32,000 bases of DNA from Chlamydiota bacterium (GCA_016196885.1 JACPWU010000009.1:1-32000); one strand, 5' to 3'; positions 6,581 through 15,939 are shown, numbered from the stretch's first letter. Notes: generated by a model from the sequence alone, not told the origin. Translations and numbers: made by a program.

Positions 6581-8488
6581 GTGTCCAAAATTTTAGAAAG
6601 AATCAATGGTTCACAAGATGTGAAAAGTCTTTCCATTTCTGAGTTGGAGATTCTCGCCAGTGAACTTCGCCAAGAAGTGCTTCGGGTGGTTTCCATCAAT
6701 GGGGGTCATGTCTCCAGCAATTTGGGTGTGGTGGAGCTGACCTTGGCGCTTCATTATGTGTTCAATACCCCTGCCGATAAATTGGTTTGGGATGTGGGTA
6801 ATCAAAGTTATCCGCATAAGCTCATCACGGGCCGTCGAGAGCCATTTCCCACTTTAAGAAAAATGAATGGGATTTCTGGATTCTGCAAAATCTCTGAAAG
6901 TCCTTACGACGCCTTTGGGGCGGGTCATGCCAGTACTTCTATTTCAGCGGCTTTAGGAATGGCGGTCGCTCGAGATGTCAGGGGCTCTGAGGAACGGGTG
7001 GTCGCAATCATTGGAGATGGGGCGATGACGGGCGGGATGGCCTACGAGGCCTTGAACAACGCAGGGGCGCTGAAAACAGATTTCCTTGTCATTTTAAACA
7101 CCAATGAAATGTCCATTGCCCCCAATGTGGGTGCCATTTCTCATTATGTGAATAAAGTGATTACGCATCCTCTCTACAACCGGGTCAAAGACGATTTGGA
7201 ACATTGGGTGGATCGGATTCCGGCGATTGGCCATCGGGTAGTGGAGACGGCGCATAAATTAGAAGAGAGCATTAAGAATTTGCTGGTTCCTGGAACTATT
7301 TTCGAGGGGCTGGGGTTTCGGTATTTTGGACCTGTGGAGGGTCATGATTTGGACGGCTTGATTAAAATTTTGAAAGACATCAAGGATTTGCACGGTCCCA
7401 TTCTCTTTCATGTGGTCACAAAAAAGGGAAGAGGTTACAAACCTGCAGAGGAGCGGCCGGATCAATTTCACGGCATGGGTCCTTTTGATTTGACAACCGG
7501 GAAGCCTTTAAAGGGATCTAGCGGAAAAAGTTTTTCCAATGCCTTCGGAGATGCCCTGTGGAGAGAGGCCGAAAAGGATCCTCGCATTGTAGCCATTACC
7601 GCAGCCATGCCATCGGGGACGGGCCTTGCAGAATTTGCCAAGCGTTATCCCAAACGATTTTTTGATGTGGGCATTGCCGAAGAGCATGCCGTCACTTTTG
7701 CGGGAGGCCTCGCAGCTCAAGGGCTAAAACCCGTGTTGGCGATTTATTCCACTTTTCTCCAGAGGGGATTCGATCAGGTGCTTCATGATGTCTGTCTTCA
7801 AAATTTACCCGTGATTTTTGGGATTGATCGAGCCGGGGTGGTGGGGGATGATGGACCCACGCATCAAGGCGTTTTTGACATCTCTTATTTAAGGCCCATT
7901 CCAAATTTAAAGATTGTTCAAGCTCGAAATGAAGCTACCCTGAAGACCATTTTGAAATGGGCGCTTCATGAAGAGGGGCCGGTCGCGATTCGTTATCCTC
8001 GCGGCAATGTACGCGAGGGTCTGGGGGATGACACGTGCCGGCCTTTAGATCAAGGGGGAGTGGATGTGGTGAGGAAGGGAAAAGACGTTGCGATTTTGGC
8101 CCTGGGGGACATGGTGTACATGGGATTAGAGGTGGCTGCCCTTTTAGAAAAGGATGGGATTTCGACACAGGTCATAGACGCTCGGTTTATCAAACCCCTC
8201 GATGAAGTTTTTCTCGAGAGGCTTTCGAAGGGGATCACGAAGTGGATCACTTTAGAGGATCATGTTTTGGCCGGCGGATTTGGAAGTGCGGTCCTTGAAT
8301 TTTTACAGGCCCGAAAAATTTCTGTGGAATTCATTCGGTTGGGCCTTCCGGATGTTTTTATTGAACAGGGTGTGCGTGAAAAGGTTTGGGAAGGCTTTGG
8401 TTTGTCAGCGCCTTTGATTGTCCAGAGAATTAAAAAAGAATTTGTAAAGGCTGTTTCTTCTACTGAAAAGATAGCGTACAGCGTCTAG
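6581..8488 (+). CDS. dxs: 1-deoxy-D-xylulose-5-phosphate synthase
   Basis: TPP-binding GDGAMTGGMAYEALNNAG plus transketolase-like pyrimidine-binding and C-terminal domains. I placed the start at GTG 6581 (aaggag ends 8 nt upstream). The ORF-track TTG 6521 start would translate the hairpin repeat. Confidence 0.95.
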   Translation: MSKILERINGSQDVKSLSISELEILASELRQEVLRVVSINGGHVSSNLGVVELTLALHYVFNTPADKLVWDVGNQSYPHKLITGRREPFPTLRKMNGISGFCKISESPYDAFGAGHASTSISAALGMAVARDVRGSEERVVAIIGDGAMTGGMAYEALNNAGALKTDFLVILNTNEMSIAPNVGAISHYVNKVITHPLYNRVKDDLEHWVDRIPAIGHRVVETAHKLEESIKNLLVPGTIFEGLGFRYFGPVEGHDLDGLIKILKDIKDLHGPILFHVVTKKGRGYKPAEERPDQFHGMGPFDLTTGKPLKGSSGKSFSNAFGDALWREAEKDPRIVAITAAMPSGTGLAEFAKRYPKRFFDVGIAEEHAVTFAGGLAAQGLKPVLAIYSTFLQRGFDQVLHDVCLQNLPVIFGIDRAGVVGDDGPTHQGVFDISYLRPIPNLKIVQARNEATLKTILKWALHEEGPVAIRYPRGNVREGLGDDTCRPLDQGGVDVVRKGKDVAILALGDMVYMGLEVAALLEKDGISTQVIDARFIKPLDEVFLERLSKGITKWITLEDHVLAGGFGSAVLEFLQARKISVEFIRLGLPDVFIEQGVREKVWEGFGLSAPLIVQRIKKEFVKAVSSTEKIAYSV

Positions 8489-8555
8489 CGTTTAGCGTAT
8501 AGAAAAAATAAATATTCCTTTCTGACCATCCGCTAACCGCTCCACGCTGTCCGCT
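8473..8555. repeat. heptad-periodic hairpin (AGCGTNN x4 / complementary arm), AGCGTAC family
   Basis: The left arm 8473-8502 (agcgtac agcgtct agcgttt agcgtat ag) pairs with the right arm 8526-8555, about 24/30 complementary. The left arm overlaps the dxs stop, and the right arm ends 8 nt before the tlyA ATG. Confidence 0.7.
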
Positions 8556-8563
8556 CAGGTCTC

Positions 8564-9301
8564 ATGCCTAAAAAAATTCGTATAGATCTCCTTCTGGTTG
8601 ATCGCCAATTTTTCCCAAGTCGCACCGATGCTCAGAAGGCCATTCTGGCTGGTTTTGTGAAGGCGTCTTCTCAGTTGGTTCACAAATCCAATGAGCTTTT
8701 CGATCCGGAGGTCCCCATTGAAATTTTGGCAAAGAGGCGTTATGTCAGCCGAGGGGGAGAAAAATTAGGAGGGGCCCTTGAATCTTTTTCCATTTCTGTT
8801 GCCGGAAAGACGTGTTTGGATGTAGGGGCATCTCATGGGGGCTTTACCGATTGCCTCCTTCAGCACGGGGCCGAAAAGGTGTATGCGGCAGATGTGGGAT
8901 ATGGGCAGTTGGATGTTTCTTTGAGGCAAAATCCAAAAGTAATCGTTCTTGAGAAAGTGAATGCCCGTTATTTTAAGGCAACAGATTTTCCCGAGAAAAT
9001 GGATTTGGCCACCGTTGATGTTTCTTTTATCTCGCTTGAAAAGATTTTGCCGGCTTTGATTCCGCTTCTTAAAGAGGAGGGCGTCGTTCTTGCCTTGGTG
9101 AAACCTCAATTTGAAGTAGGAAAGGGTCGTGTAGGCAAGGGCGGTGTGGTTCGAAGTGAAAAGGACAGATTAGAAGCAGTTGAGAAGGTGAAGAATTTTG
9201 GAATGGCCCTGGGGTTAAAATATTTGGGGACAGAAACTTCGACTCTCAAGGGCCCGGCGGGGAATGTGGAGTATTTTATTTATTTTCGTATTTTCATGTA
9301 A
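8564..9301 (+). CDS. tlyA: TlyA-family rRNA 2'-O-methyltransferase
   Basis: S4-like N-terminus (RIDLLLVDR...SR..A...I..G.V) plus an FtsJ-type methyltransferase domain (CLDVGASHGGFTDCLLQHGA). Confidence 0.92.
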   Translation: MPKKIRIDLLLVDRQFFPSRTDAQKAILAGFVKASSQLVHKSNELFDPEVPIEILAKRRYVSRGGEKLGGALESFSISVAGKTCLDVGASHGGFTDCLLQHGAEKVYAADVGYGQLDVSLRQNPKVIVLEKVNARYFKATDFPEKMDLATVDVSFISLEKILPALIPLLKEEGVVLALVKPQFEVGKGRVGKGGVVRSEKDRLEAVEKVKNFGMALGLKYLGTETSTLKGPAGNVEYFIYFRIFM

Positions 9302-9554
9302 TACGTCTACGTCTTTTGGGCAAATTTTGGTAAAAGTGAAATTTAGCCAATTCGAGTTGCGCGGTAACAACAGGACGATTCAGTTGCCAATCTCCTAAAA
9401 ACAAAAATTTCTTTGCCTCAGACTTGGTTTCATTTAGAAATCGGACATCATCCAGCAAAAAGAAAACTCAACTATAAAAAGCTCACTTATTTCTGAAAAA
9501 TCTTATGTCACATCTGCCCCAGTATTGTATGATATCCCCTTGGAGATGCTCTCA

Positions 9555-10172
9555 ATGGGTAGAATGAAGTTGATTCTTTTGGGTATGGGATTTGTTCTAT
9601 TTTTGGGTTTTTTCCCAAATCAGGTTTTCCCAGAAAAGGAAAGAATGATGAAAAAAGCGACATTTGCAGCCGGGTGTTTTTGGGGGGTGGAGAAGATTTT
9701 CGCGCAGTTGCCGGGCGTGGTTTCGACACGCGTCGGGTATTCGGGGGGAAATAAGCCTAACCCCACCTATGAACAAGTATGCATGGGAAACACAGGGCAT
9801 GCGGAGGCGATGGAAGTTACTTATGACCCTTCAAAGATTTCTTATGAGGAACTTCTCATCACTTTTTGGCAATATCACGATCCGACCACGCTCAATCGGC
9901 AGGGACCTGATCGGGGAAGCCAATACCGCTCCGTCATTTTTTATCACGATGAAGACCAAAAGGCAGCCGCCCAAAAATCCAAAGAGATTTTAGAGAGAGA
10001 AAAGGTTTTCAAGAATTCCATCGTGACGGAGATTGTTCCCGAGCAGCCTTTTTATCAAGCGGAAGAATATCACCAACAATATCTGAAGAAAAATCCGGGA
10101 GGGTATTGCTCTGGCCATCTACAGTCAGACCGGATTGAAGAGGTGTTAAAAGTCGTGGTTCGTCGTTCGTGA
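9555..10172 (+). CDS. msrA: peptide-methionine (S)-S-oxide reductase MsrA with a hydrophobic N-terminal (export/anchor) segment
   Basis: GCFWGVE active-site motif, and [16 protein letters not shown] ahead of the catalytic domain. The start is ambiguous (TTG 9525, ATG 9555 with ggag 9 nt upstream, ATG 9564). Confidence 0.9.
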   Translation: MGRMKLILLGMGFVLFLGFFPNQVFPEKERMMKKATFAAGCFWGVEKIFAQLPGVVSTRVGYSGGNKPNPTYEQVCMGNTGHAEAMEVTYDPSKISYEELLITFWQYHDPTTLNRQGPDRGSQYRSVIFYHDEDQKAAAQKSKEILEREKVFKNSIVTEIVPEQPFYQAEEYHQQYLKKNPGGYCSGHLQSDRIEEVLKVVVRRS

Positions 10173-10236
10173 AACGTATTTCGTTAAAGGAATTTTGCTT
10201 ATAAACGAGTGACGGTTCGCGAAATACGAACGACGG
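10152..10236. terminator. heptad-periodic inverted repeat between convergent msrA and the anti-sigma gene; putative bidirectional terminator
   Basis: A 10-bp perfect core (cgtcgttcgt at 10161-10170 with acgaacgacg at 10226-10235) plus alternative registers (cgtatttcg / cgaaatacg). T4 tracts flank it on both strands. The left arm overlaps the msrA stop. Confidence 0.6.
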
Positions 10237-10239
10237 CTT

Positions 10240-11064
10240 TTAAGAAATGACTTCATTCCCAGCCAGAGTTGCCAAATCCTCCACTTCATTTTGTTTCATG
10301 CGGCCCACGAAGACGCAGAGGTTCTGACCGTTTCTAAAAATGATGATTTTATAAGGCGGAACTCTGTAAAAATAATAATAAACATGTCTTCCCCGAACCA
10401 CTCTTTTTAAATTTTCTGGAAAATCGATGGCCGGATCTTTCAGAATAAAATGAGATAGTTGATGAGAGCCTCTGAAATAAAGAATCGTGGCAATAGGTTG
10501 TCCAGAGATGCGTTCGCCAGAGGCAAGACAAATGCTTCGAGGTGCATATCCTAATTTTTCCAAATTGTAATGAGAGATGTAAATGCCGGATTTCTGTGAG
10601 AAAAAAGCGCGTGCCCTTTCAAGATTTTCGTTGAACCCTCTTGGCATTTGCGAAGAAATTCCGCCATTTAAAAATTGTTTGTGGAGCTCAACAGATTGAT
10701 TGACCAGGGTATCGGCATTGAGCTTCTGAGGCCAGATGAAATAATAAGAGAGGGTGGCAACCAAGGTTAAGGTGGCTGCAATGGCAGAGCCCCAGATGAC
10801 AAGGTGTCTTCTCAAATCAAAGAAGTGAAGGATTTTCGCTCGAGGTGTGAGAAGGGGAGGTCTTATCTTTTCCCAAAGAACTTCAGGGACACTTGATTTC
10901 TTTAATTTTTCTTTGAAGAATTCTTGTAATTGTTTCTCGCCTTCAAAGAATTCGCTGCACGACGGACATAAGTCTAAATGGGTCAGGATTTCAAGATTTT
11001 CTTGAACGCCCAGCTCATTGTCTAAAAAGAGATAGAGTTGAAGTTTTGCCTCAGGACATTTCAT
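10240..11064 (-). CDS. membrane-anchored zinc-binding (ZAS-type) anti-sigma factor
   Basis: C3-x25-H29-x3-C33-x2-C36 (THLDLCPSC), one TM helix (VIWGSAIAATLTLVATLSYYFIW), and a ~150-aa extracytoplasmic domain. It has a 4-nt ATGA overlap with the upstream sigma gene. Confidence 0.85.
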   Translation of the reverse strand: MKCPEAKLQLYLFLDNELGVQENLEILTHLDLCPSCSEFFEGEKQLQEFFKEKLKKSSVPEVLWEKIRPPLLTPRAKILHFFDLRRHLVIWGSAIAATLTLVATLSYYFIWPQKLNADTLVNQSVELHKQFLNGGISSQMPRGFNENLERARAFFSQKSGIYISHYNLEKLGYAPRSICLASGERISGQPIATILYFRGSHQLSHFILKDPAIDFPENLKRVVRGRHVYYYFYRVPPYKIIIFRNGQNLCVFVGRMKQNEVEDLATLAGNEVIS

Positions 11065-11636
11065 GGCTTCACCTTGCCCTCCTGGGGGCGAACGATGCCT
11101 CTTTCCTTTGCATAAGAGAAAAGTTCTTCTTTTAAGAATTTTCGGGCCCTGAAAAGTCGAGACATCACGGTCCCGATGGGGCAGCCTACCACTTCGGAGA
11201 TTTCTTGATATGAAAAATCTTCTACCGTTGCCAAAAGAAAAACGAGACGATATTCTGGAGGCAAATGATCCAGGGCAACGCTTACTTCGTCTTCTACTTG
11301 GTCACGCAAAAGTTCAATTTGGTCCAATGAGAAAGAAGGCTGTTCTTTGACAATTTCTTCATAAATGGGTTCCACCGTCGAGAAATCGGTGAGGGGTGGC
11401 TCTTTCGATTTTTTGCGGTATTGGTTGATATAGGTATGGGTCATGATTTTAAAGATCCACGCCTTAAAATTTGTTCCTTTCTCAAATTTGTCGTAGTTGC
11501 GAAAGGCCTTCAAAATAGCCTCTTGAACGAGGTCTTTAGCATCAGCCTCATTGCGAGTCATTCGTAAGGCTGTGTGATACAATGGATTAAAATGTTCTTG
11601 GATCAGTGTCTCAAATTCTTGCATGGAAATCTCCAC
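11061..11636 (-). CDS. ECF-type RNA polymerase sigma-70 family factor
   Basis: Region 2 (DAKDLVQEAILKAFRNYDKF) and region 4 HTH (SYQEISEVVGCPIGTVMSRLFRARKFL). Confidence 0.92.
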   Translation of the reverse strand: MEISMQEFETLIQEHFNPLYHTALRMTRNEADAKDLVQEAILKAFRNYDKFEKGTNFKAWIFKIMTHTYINQYRKKSKEPPLTDFSTVEPIYEEIVKEQPSFSLDQIELLRDQVEDEVSVALDHLPPEYRLVFLLATVEDFSYQEISEVVGCPIGTVMSRLFRARKFLKEELFSYAKERGIVRPQEGKVKP

Positions 11637-11717
11637 TTAATGAAACAAAAAAAGAAGGGGATTTATTTCTCATAGTTTAATGGGTTTTAAGGTTTTTATC
11701 TCTTGTTTTTTACAATT

Positions 11718-11748
11718 GACTTACGACTCATAACGATCGACTCACGAC
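11718..11748. repeat. orphan single arm of the GTCGTGA heptad family (ACTNACG-type heptads)
   Basis: gacttacgactcataacgatcgactcacgac is homologous to the right arm at 15991-16015, including the junction to the start codon. No complementary arm lies nearby. Confidence 0.6.
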
Positions 11749-11755
11749 TGTTTTT

Positions 11756-14700
11756 ATGACACATCCGATTCTTAAAAATCTTCATTTTTTCGAAGAGGTC
11801 TTGAAAAAGGTCCACGAGGGTTCTCGCATTCAGATGAGTGGCCTTTGGGATTCTTCCAAGGCGGCCTTGGCAGCTTGTCTTGCGGATCATTTCCAAAAAC
11901 GGATTCTGGTGGTGACTCCAGGATTGGGAGAAGCCGAGAGATTCTATCGGGATTTTTCTTTTTTTTCTGGAATCTCATGCCACCTTTTCCCCGCTTGGGA
12001 AACCTTGCCGCATGAGAATGTGACCCCTCATGTGGATATTGTAGGAGAGCGCTTTGGGACCCTGATGACCCTTTTAGAATCCGAAAGACCTGAATGCGTC
12101 ATCGCCCCTGTCGAGACGCTGCTCTGGAAAATTCCTAGCCCAGAGTCATTTAAAAAAATGATTTTAAATTTATCTTGCGGGGATGAAATTCCTTTGCGCT
12201 TTTTAATGGAGCGTCTTGTAGAGCTGGGTTATTCCAGAGGGGCTGTGGTGGAAGAGAAGGGCCGTTTTGCAGTGAGGGGTGGCATTCTCGATTTTTATTC
12301 TCTGCAAGAGGATTTTCCCTACCGGGTGGAATTCGAGGCTGATCGCATTGTTTCTTTGAGGGTTTTTGATCCTCAGAGTCAGGTTTCTTTGAAACAAGTA
12401 GAACGGGCCAAGATTTTGCCTGCCTTTGAGTTGGAATTAAGACAAAAGAAAAATTTATCATGGGGAAATCTTTCGGATTTTTTTTCAAGTGATTTTTTGC
12501 TCGTCTTGGATGAGGCCGCAAATATTTTTGAAAAGGCGCAATCTCTGGAGAGGGCAAGCGATTTTGGGGTTAAGGTGTTGAAAAATCCCAGAGGTCTTGA
12601 GTTTTATCTTTCTGAGATGGAAGGGCCAGGGGGTGATGAAAAGATGGAGCGAATGGCTTTTTCTATCCAGAGGTCTTGTTCTTGGGAAGATTTGAGAGTA
12701 GAAAATTTGAACGAGGAATGGGGTGATCATCCTCTGCGAATTTTTTCAAAAATCGGCGAGAAGACGCGAGAGGGATTTCACATTTATTTTGTGGTGAAGA
12801 AAGAGGCAGAAGGAGAGAGGCTGAAGGAACTTCTTCAGGAGAAGAAGATGTGGAAAGAAGCCGTGCACCATGTTGTGGTCGGGGACCTTTCAAGGGGCTT
12901 TGTACTTCCCCTTGAAAAAAAGGCCATTCTTACCGACGAAGAAATTTTTGGGAGATTGAGGGTGCGTCCCGTTCGGACAAAGGTTCGTAAAAGTCTTCCC
13001 GTCCAGGAATATTCCCAGTTTGAGGTGGGAGACTGTGTGGTGCATGGGGTGCATGGGATTGCAAGATATCGGGGGGTGAGTCGTAACAGTCAGGGGAAGC
13101 GGGGAGAATATTTAACTTTGGAATATGCGAATCAGGCCAAGCTTTATGTTCCGGTGGATCAAATTGAACTGGTGGAGCGTTACATTGGGATCAAGGGGCA
13201 GGTCCCGCGGTTGAGCCGCTTGGGTCGGGGGGAGTGGGAACGCTCGAAGAAAAAGGCCGAAGGGGCGATTCACGATTTTGCGGCGGAGCTTCTGGATCTC
13301 CAGGCCAAACGCGAGGCTTTGGGGGGCTACGCCTTTGGGCGTGATACGCCATGGCAGAACGAGTTTGAGGCTTCCTTTATTTATGAAGAGACACCGGACC
13401 AATGGCAGGCGATTGAGGAGGTGAAGCGGGATCTGGAATCTCCTCAACCCATGGACCGCTTGGTTTGCGGCGATGTGGGGTATGGGAAAACGGAGGTGGC
13501 CATTCGGGCGGCTTTTAAGGTGGTGATGGAGGGAAAACAAGTCGCCATCCTTGTTCCGACAACGGTTTTAGCGCAGCAGCATCTTTACACATTTCAGGAG
13601 CGATTTTCGGGATATCCGATTCAGGTGGAAATGCTCTCGCGGTTTCGCAGCGAGTCTGAGCAGGGGAAAATCTTAAAGGACTTGAAAGAAGGAAAATTAG
13701 ATGTGGTGATTGGGACGCATCGCCTTTTAAATCAAGATGTGGTTTTTAAAGATTTGGGGTTGCTGGTGATTGATGAAGAACAGCGCTTCGGTGTTTTCGC
13801 CAAAGAAAAATTAAAGAAGATGAGGATTTCGGTGGATGTTTTAACGCTGAGTGCAACCCCCATCCCTCGGACCCTCTATTTGTCTTTGATGGAGGCCAAA
13901 GACATGAGCCTCATCATGACCGCACCTCAAAATCGCTTGCCCATAGAAACAGTTCTGGCGGCCTATGATGACCAGATGGTTCGAGATGCCATTGTTCGGG
14001 AAGTGGCGAGGGAAGGGCAGGTGTTTTTCATCCACAATCGTGTGGGAAGCATTTATCGCATGAAGGAAAGGCTCGAAAAATGGGTTCCGGGTGTTCATTT
14101 TGAAGTGGCGCATGGCCAAATGCCAGAGGATGAATTGGAAGAGGTGATGAAAAATTTTATAGAGGGGAAAATTCAGGTATTGGTTTCAACCAATATTGTA
14201 GAGTCGGGTCTTGATATCCCGAATGCGAATACCATTATCATAGATCGCTCAGAACATTTTGGGTTGGCGGATCTTTATCAATTGAGGGGACGGGTGGGGC
14301 GTCTCCATCGCAGGGCCTATGCCTATTTGCTTTATTCTCGAAATGGGATTTTGACGAAGGATGCCAAGCTCCGGCTAAAAACCATTGAGGACTTTAAGGA
14401 GCTGGGCTCTGGATTTAAGGTGGCCATGCGGGATTTGGAGATTCGAGGAGCTGGAAATATTCTGGGGCGAGCGCAGCATGGGCAAATTTCGGCCGTTGGA
14501 TTTGGACTTTATTGCCGGTTGCTGCAGGCTTCCATTCGTCGGATCAAAAAAGAGGAAGTGAAGGAACGCCACCCCGTGGGCTTGCAATTGGGGTTGGACC
14601 TCACTTTGCCGCCAGAGTATATTCCAGATGATTCTTTGAGACTGCAAATGTATCGCAAGATTTTTGAAGTGGACTCTTCGCAAAAATTGGTCCAGGTGTC

Positions 14701-14971
14701 TCAGGAATTGATAGATCGCTTTGGTCCACTTTCCGCACAAGTACTTTTGTTGATCGAGGCAGCTTCTTTGAAAAACTTGGCGCGGTCTTTGGGGATCACC
14801 CTGATTCAAATTTATCAGGGTAAGGTTTATTTTAAGAGGGGGTCCGCTATTTTAAGGATGGAGATATGTCCCCCTGCAAAGGATTCATTGTCTTTGGTTC
14901 GAGATTTACGAAAGTTATTGAAAGGGTCTAAGGTGTATGGTAGCTTGAGGTTAAGGAGGGGAAAGACATGA
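11756..14971 (+). CDS. mfd: transcription-repair coupling factor
   Basis: 1071 aa. RNAP-interaction CarD-like domain (FEVGDCVVHGVHGIARY), superfamily-2 helicase motifs (GDVGYGKTEVA, IDEEQRFG), and a TRCF C-terminal domain. Confidence 0.97.
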   Translation: MTHPILKNLHFFEEVLKKVHEGSRIQMSGLWDSSKAALAACLADHFQKRILVVTPGLGEAERFYRDFSFFSGISCHLFPAWETLPHENVTPHVDIVGERFGTLMTLLESERPECVIAPVETLLWKIPSPESFKKMILNLSCGDEIPLRFLMERLVELGYSRGAVVEEKGRFAVRGGILDFYSLQEDFPYRVEFEADRIVSLRVFDPQSQVSLKQVERAKILPAFELELRQKKNLSWGNLSDFFSSDFLLVLDEAANIFEKAQSLERASDFGVKVLKNPRGLEFYLSEMEGPGGDEKMERMAFSIQRSCSWEDLRVENLNEEWGDHPLRIFSKIGEKTREGFHIYFVVKKEAEGERLKELLQEKKMWKEAVHHVVVGDLSRGFVLPLEKKAILTDEEIFGRLRVRPVRTKVRKSLPVQEYSQFEVGDCVVHGVHGIARYRGVSRNSQGKRGEYLTLEYANQAKLYVPVDQIELVERYIGIKGQVPRLSRLGRGEWERSKKKAEGAIHDFAAELLDLQAKREALGGYAFGRDTPWQNEFEASFIYEETPDQWQAIEEVKRDLESPQPMDRLVCGDVGYGKTEVAIRAAFKVVMEGKQVAILVPTTVLAQQHLYTFQERFSGYPIQVEMLSRFRSESEQGKILKDLKEGKLDVVIGTHRLLNQDVVFKDLGLLVIDEEQRFGVFAKEKLKKMRISVDVLTLSATPIPRTLYLSLMEAKDMSLIMTAPQNRLPIETVLAAYDDQMVRDAIVREVAREGQVFFIHNRVGSIYRMKERLEKWVPGVHFEVAHGQMPEDELEEVMKNFIEGKIQVLVSTNIVESGLDIPNANTIIIDRSEHFGLADLYQLRGRVGRLHRRAYAYLLYSRNGILTKDAKLRLKTIEDFKELGSGFKVAMRDLEIRGAGNILGRAQHGQISAVGFGLYCRLLQASIRRIKKEEVKERHPVGLQLGLDLTLPPEYIPDDSLRLQMYRKIFEVDSSQKLVQVSQELIDRFGPLSAQVLLLIEAASLKNLARSLGITLIQIYQGKVYFKRGSAILRMEICPPAKDSLSLVRDLRKLLKGSKVYGSLRLRRGKT

Positions 14972-15936
14972 ATGGAAGAAGCAAGGAGAGATTATCCAAT
15001 TCATTTTTTGTTCTCTTTCTTTCCCTTTTCCTTTCATGCCTTTCTCTTTCCCACTCTGCTGTTGTCTCTCGCGTGGTTGCAGAAGTCAATGGAGAAATCA
15101 TCACTTCTCAAGAGTTGGATCAAGTGCTTCGGCCTCTTTACGCAAAATACAAAAGGGCCTATTCGGGAGAAGAACTGAATAAACATATGGAGGAGGCCAG
15201 GCGAGACGCCCTTTCTCAATTGATTGAGCGCAAATTGGTTCTTCAAGAAGCTAAAAAGCAAAACATTCAAATTGAAGACAAGAAAGTGGAGGAGCGTTTT
15301 CAGGCTGTTAAATCCAAGTTTGATTCGGACGATGAATTTTATTATGCCTTGGAGAAAGAGGGGATGACAACGGACCAGTTGAGAGAAAATATTCGAGAGC
15401 AGCTTTTGGTCAAGACGCTTTCTCGGCAAGAGATCTTGAGGTCTATCCATGTTCGTCCCAAGGAGGTCAGCGATTATTACAGTCAAAATACTCAAAGATT
15501 TTCAGAACCTGAAATGGTTCAAATGGGCCAGATCTTGGTCAAAAAAGGAGATCATGCCGAGGCCGCCAAGCAAAAAATAGAGGAGGCTCAAAAAAAGTTG
15601 AAAGGGGGGACTTCTTTTGAGGCGGTGGCCAAAGAATATTCTGAAGATCCTTACGCGAAGGAGGGAGGAGACATGCCCTTTTTCGCCAAAGGCAATTTGA
15701 TGAAGGAAATTGAAGATGAGGCCTTTTCAATGGAGGTGGGCCAAACGAGTGAAACCATCGAAAGCGATCTAGGGTATCATATTTTAACTTTGAAAGCCCG
15801 TAAGCAGGATCGGGTGAAGCCCCTTTCTGAAGTTTATTCTGAGATTGAGGAAGAACTTTATCAGCAGAAGGTCGAAGCATTCCACGAGAAATGGGTGGAG
15901 AAATTGAAGAAAAAGGCCCATGTGGTGGTGTATTAA
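14968..15936 (+). CDS. SurA-like periplasmic chaperone / parvulin-type peptidyl-prolyl isomerase
   Basis: Signal peptide (FFVLFLSLFLSCLSLSHS), a SurA-N-like helical domain, and a parvulin domain (GGDMPFFAKGNLMKEIEDEAFSMEVGQTSETIESDLGYHIL). It has an ATGA overlap with mfd. Confidence 0.88.
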   Translation: MNGRSKERLSNSFFVLFLSLFLSCLSLSHSAVVSRVVAEVNGEIITSQELDQVLRPLYAKYKRAYSGEELNKHMEEARRDALSQLIERKLVLQEAKKQNIQIEDKKVEERFQAVKSKFDSDDEFYYALEKEGMTTDQLRENIREQLLVKTLSRQEILRSIHVRPKEVSDYYSQNTQRFSEPEMVQMGQILVKKGDHAEAAKQKIEEAQKKLKGGTSFEAVAKEYSEDPYAKEGGDMPFFAKGNLMKEIEDEAFSMEVGQTSETIESDLGYHILTLKARKQDRVKPLSEVYSEIEEELYQQKVEAFHEKWVEKLKKKAHVVVY

Positions 15937-15939
15937 AAA

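Noticed and set aside
9313-9480. Open minus-strand frame (..[54 protein letters not shown]) in the tlyA-msrA spacer.
   Set aside because: No ATG, only a TTG candidate, no SD, about 54 codons, and no recognisable family. It could be a remnant, but I cannot support it.
9664-9993. 109-aa plus-strand ORF.
   Set aside because: It is out of frame within msrA, whose identity is unambiguous.
12150-15495. Long minus-strand ORFs (12150..12557, 13112..13540, 14375..14809, 15034..15495).
   Set aside because: These are antisense shadows of mfd and the SurA-like gene. Their sequences are low-complexity or proline/arginine-rich with no motifs. The same applies to 1975..2376, 6122..6442, 8765..9109 and 26129..26536.
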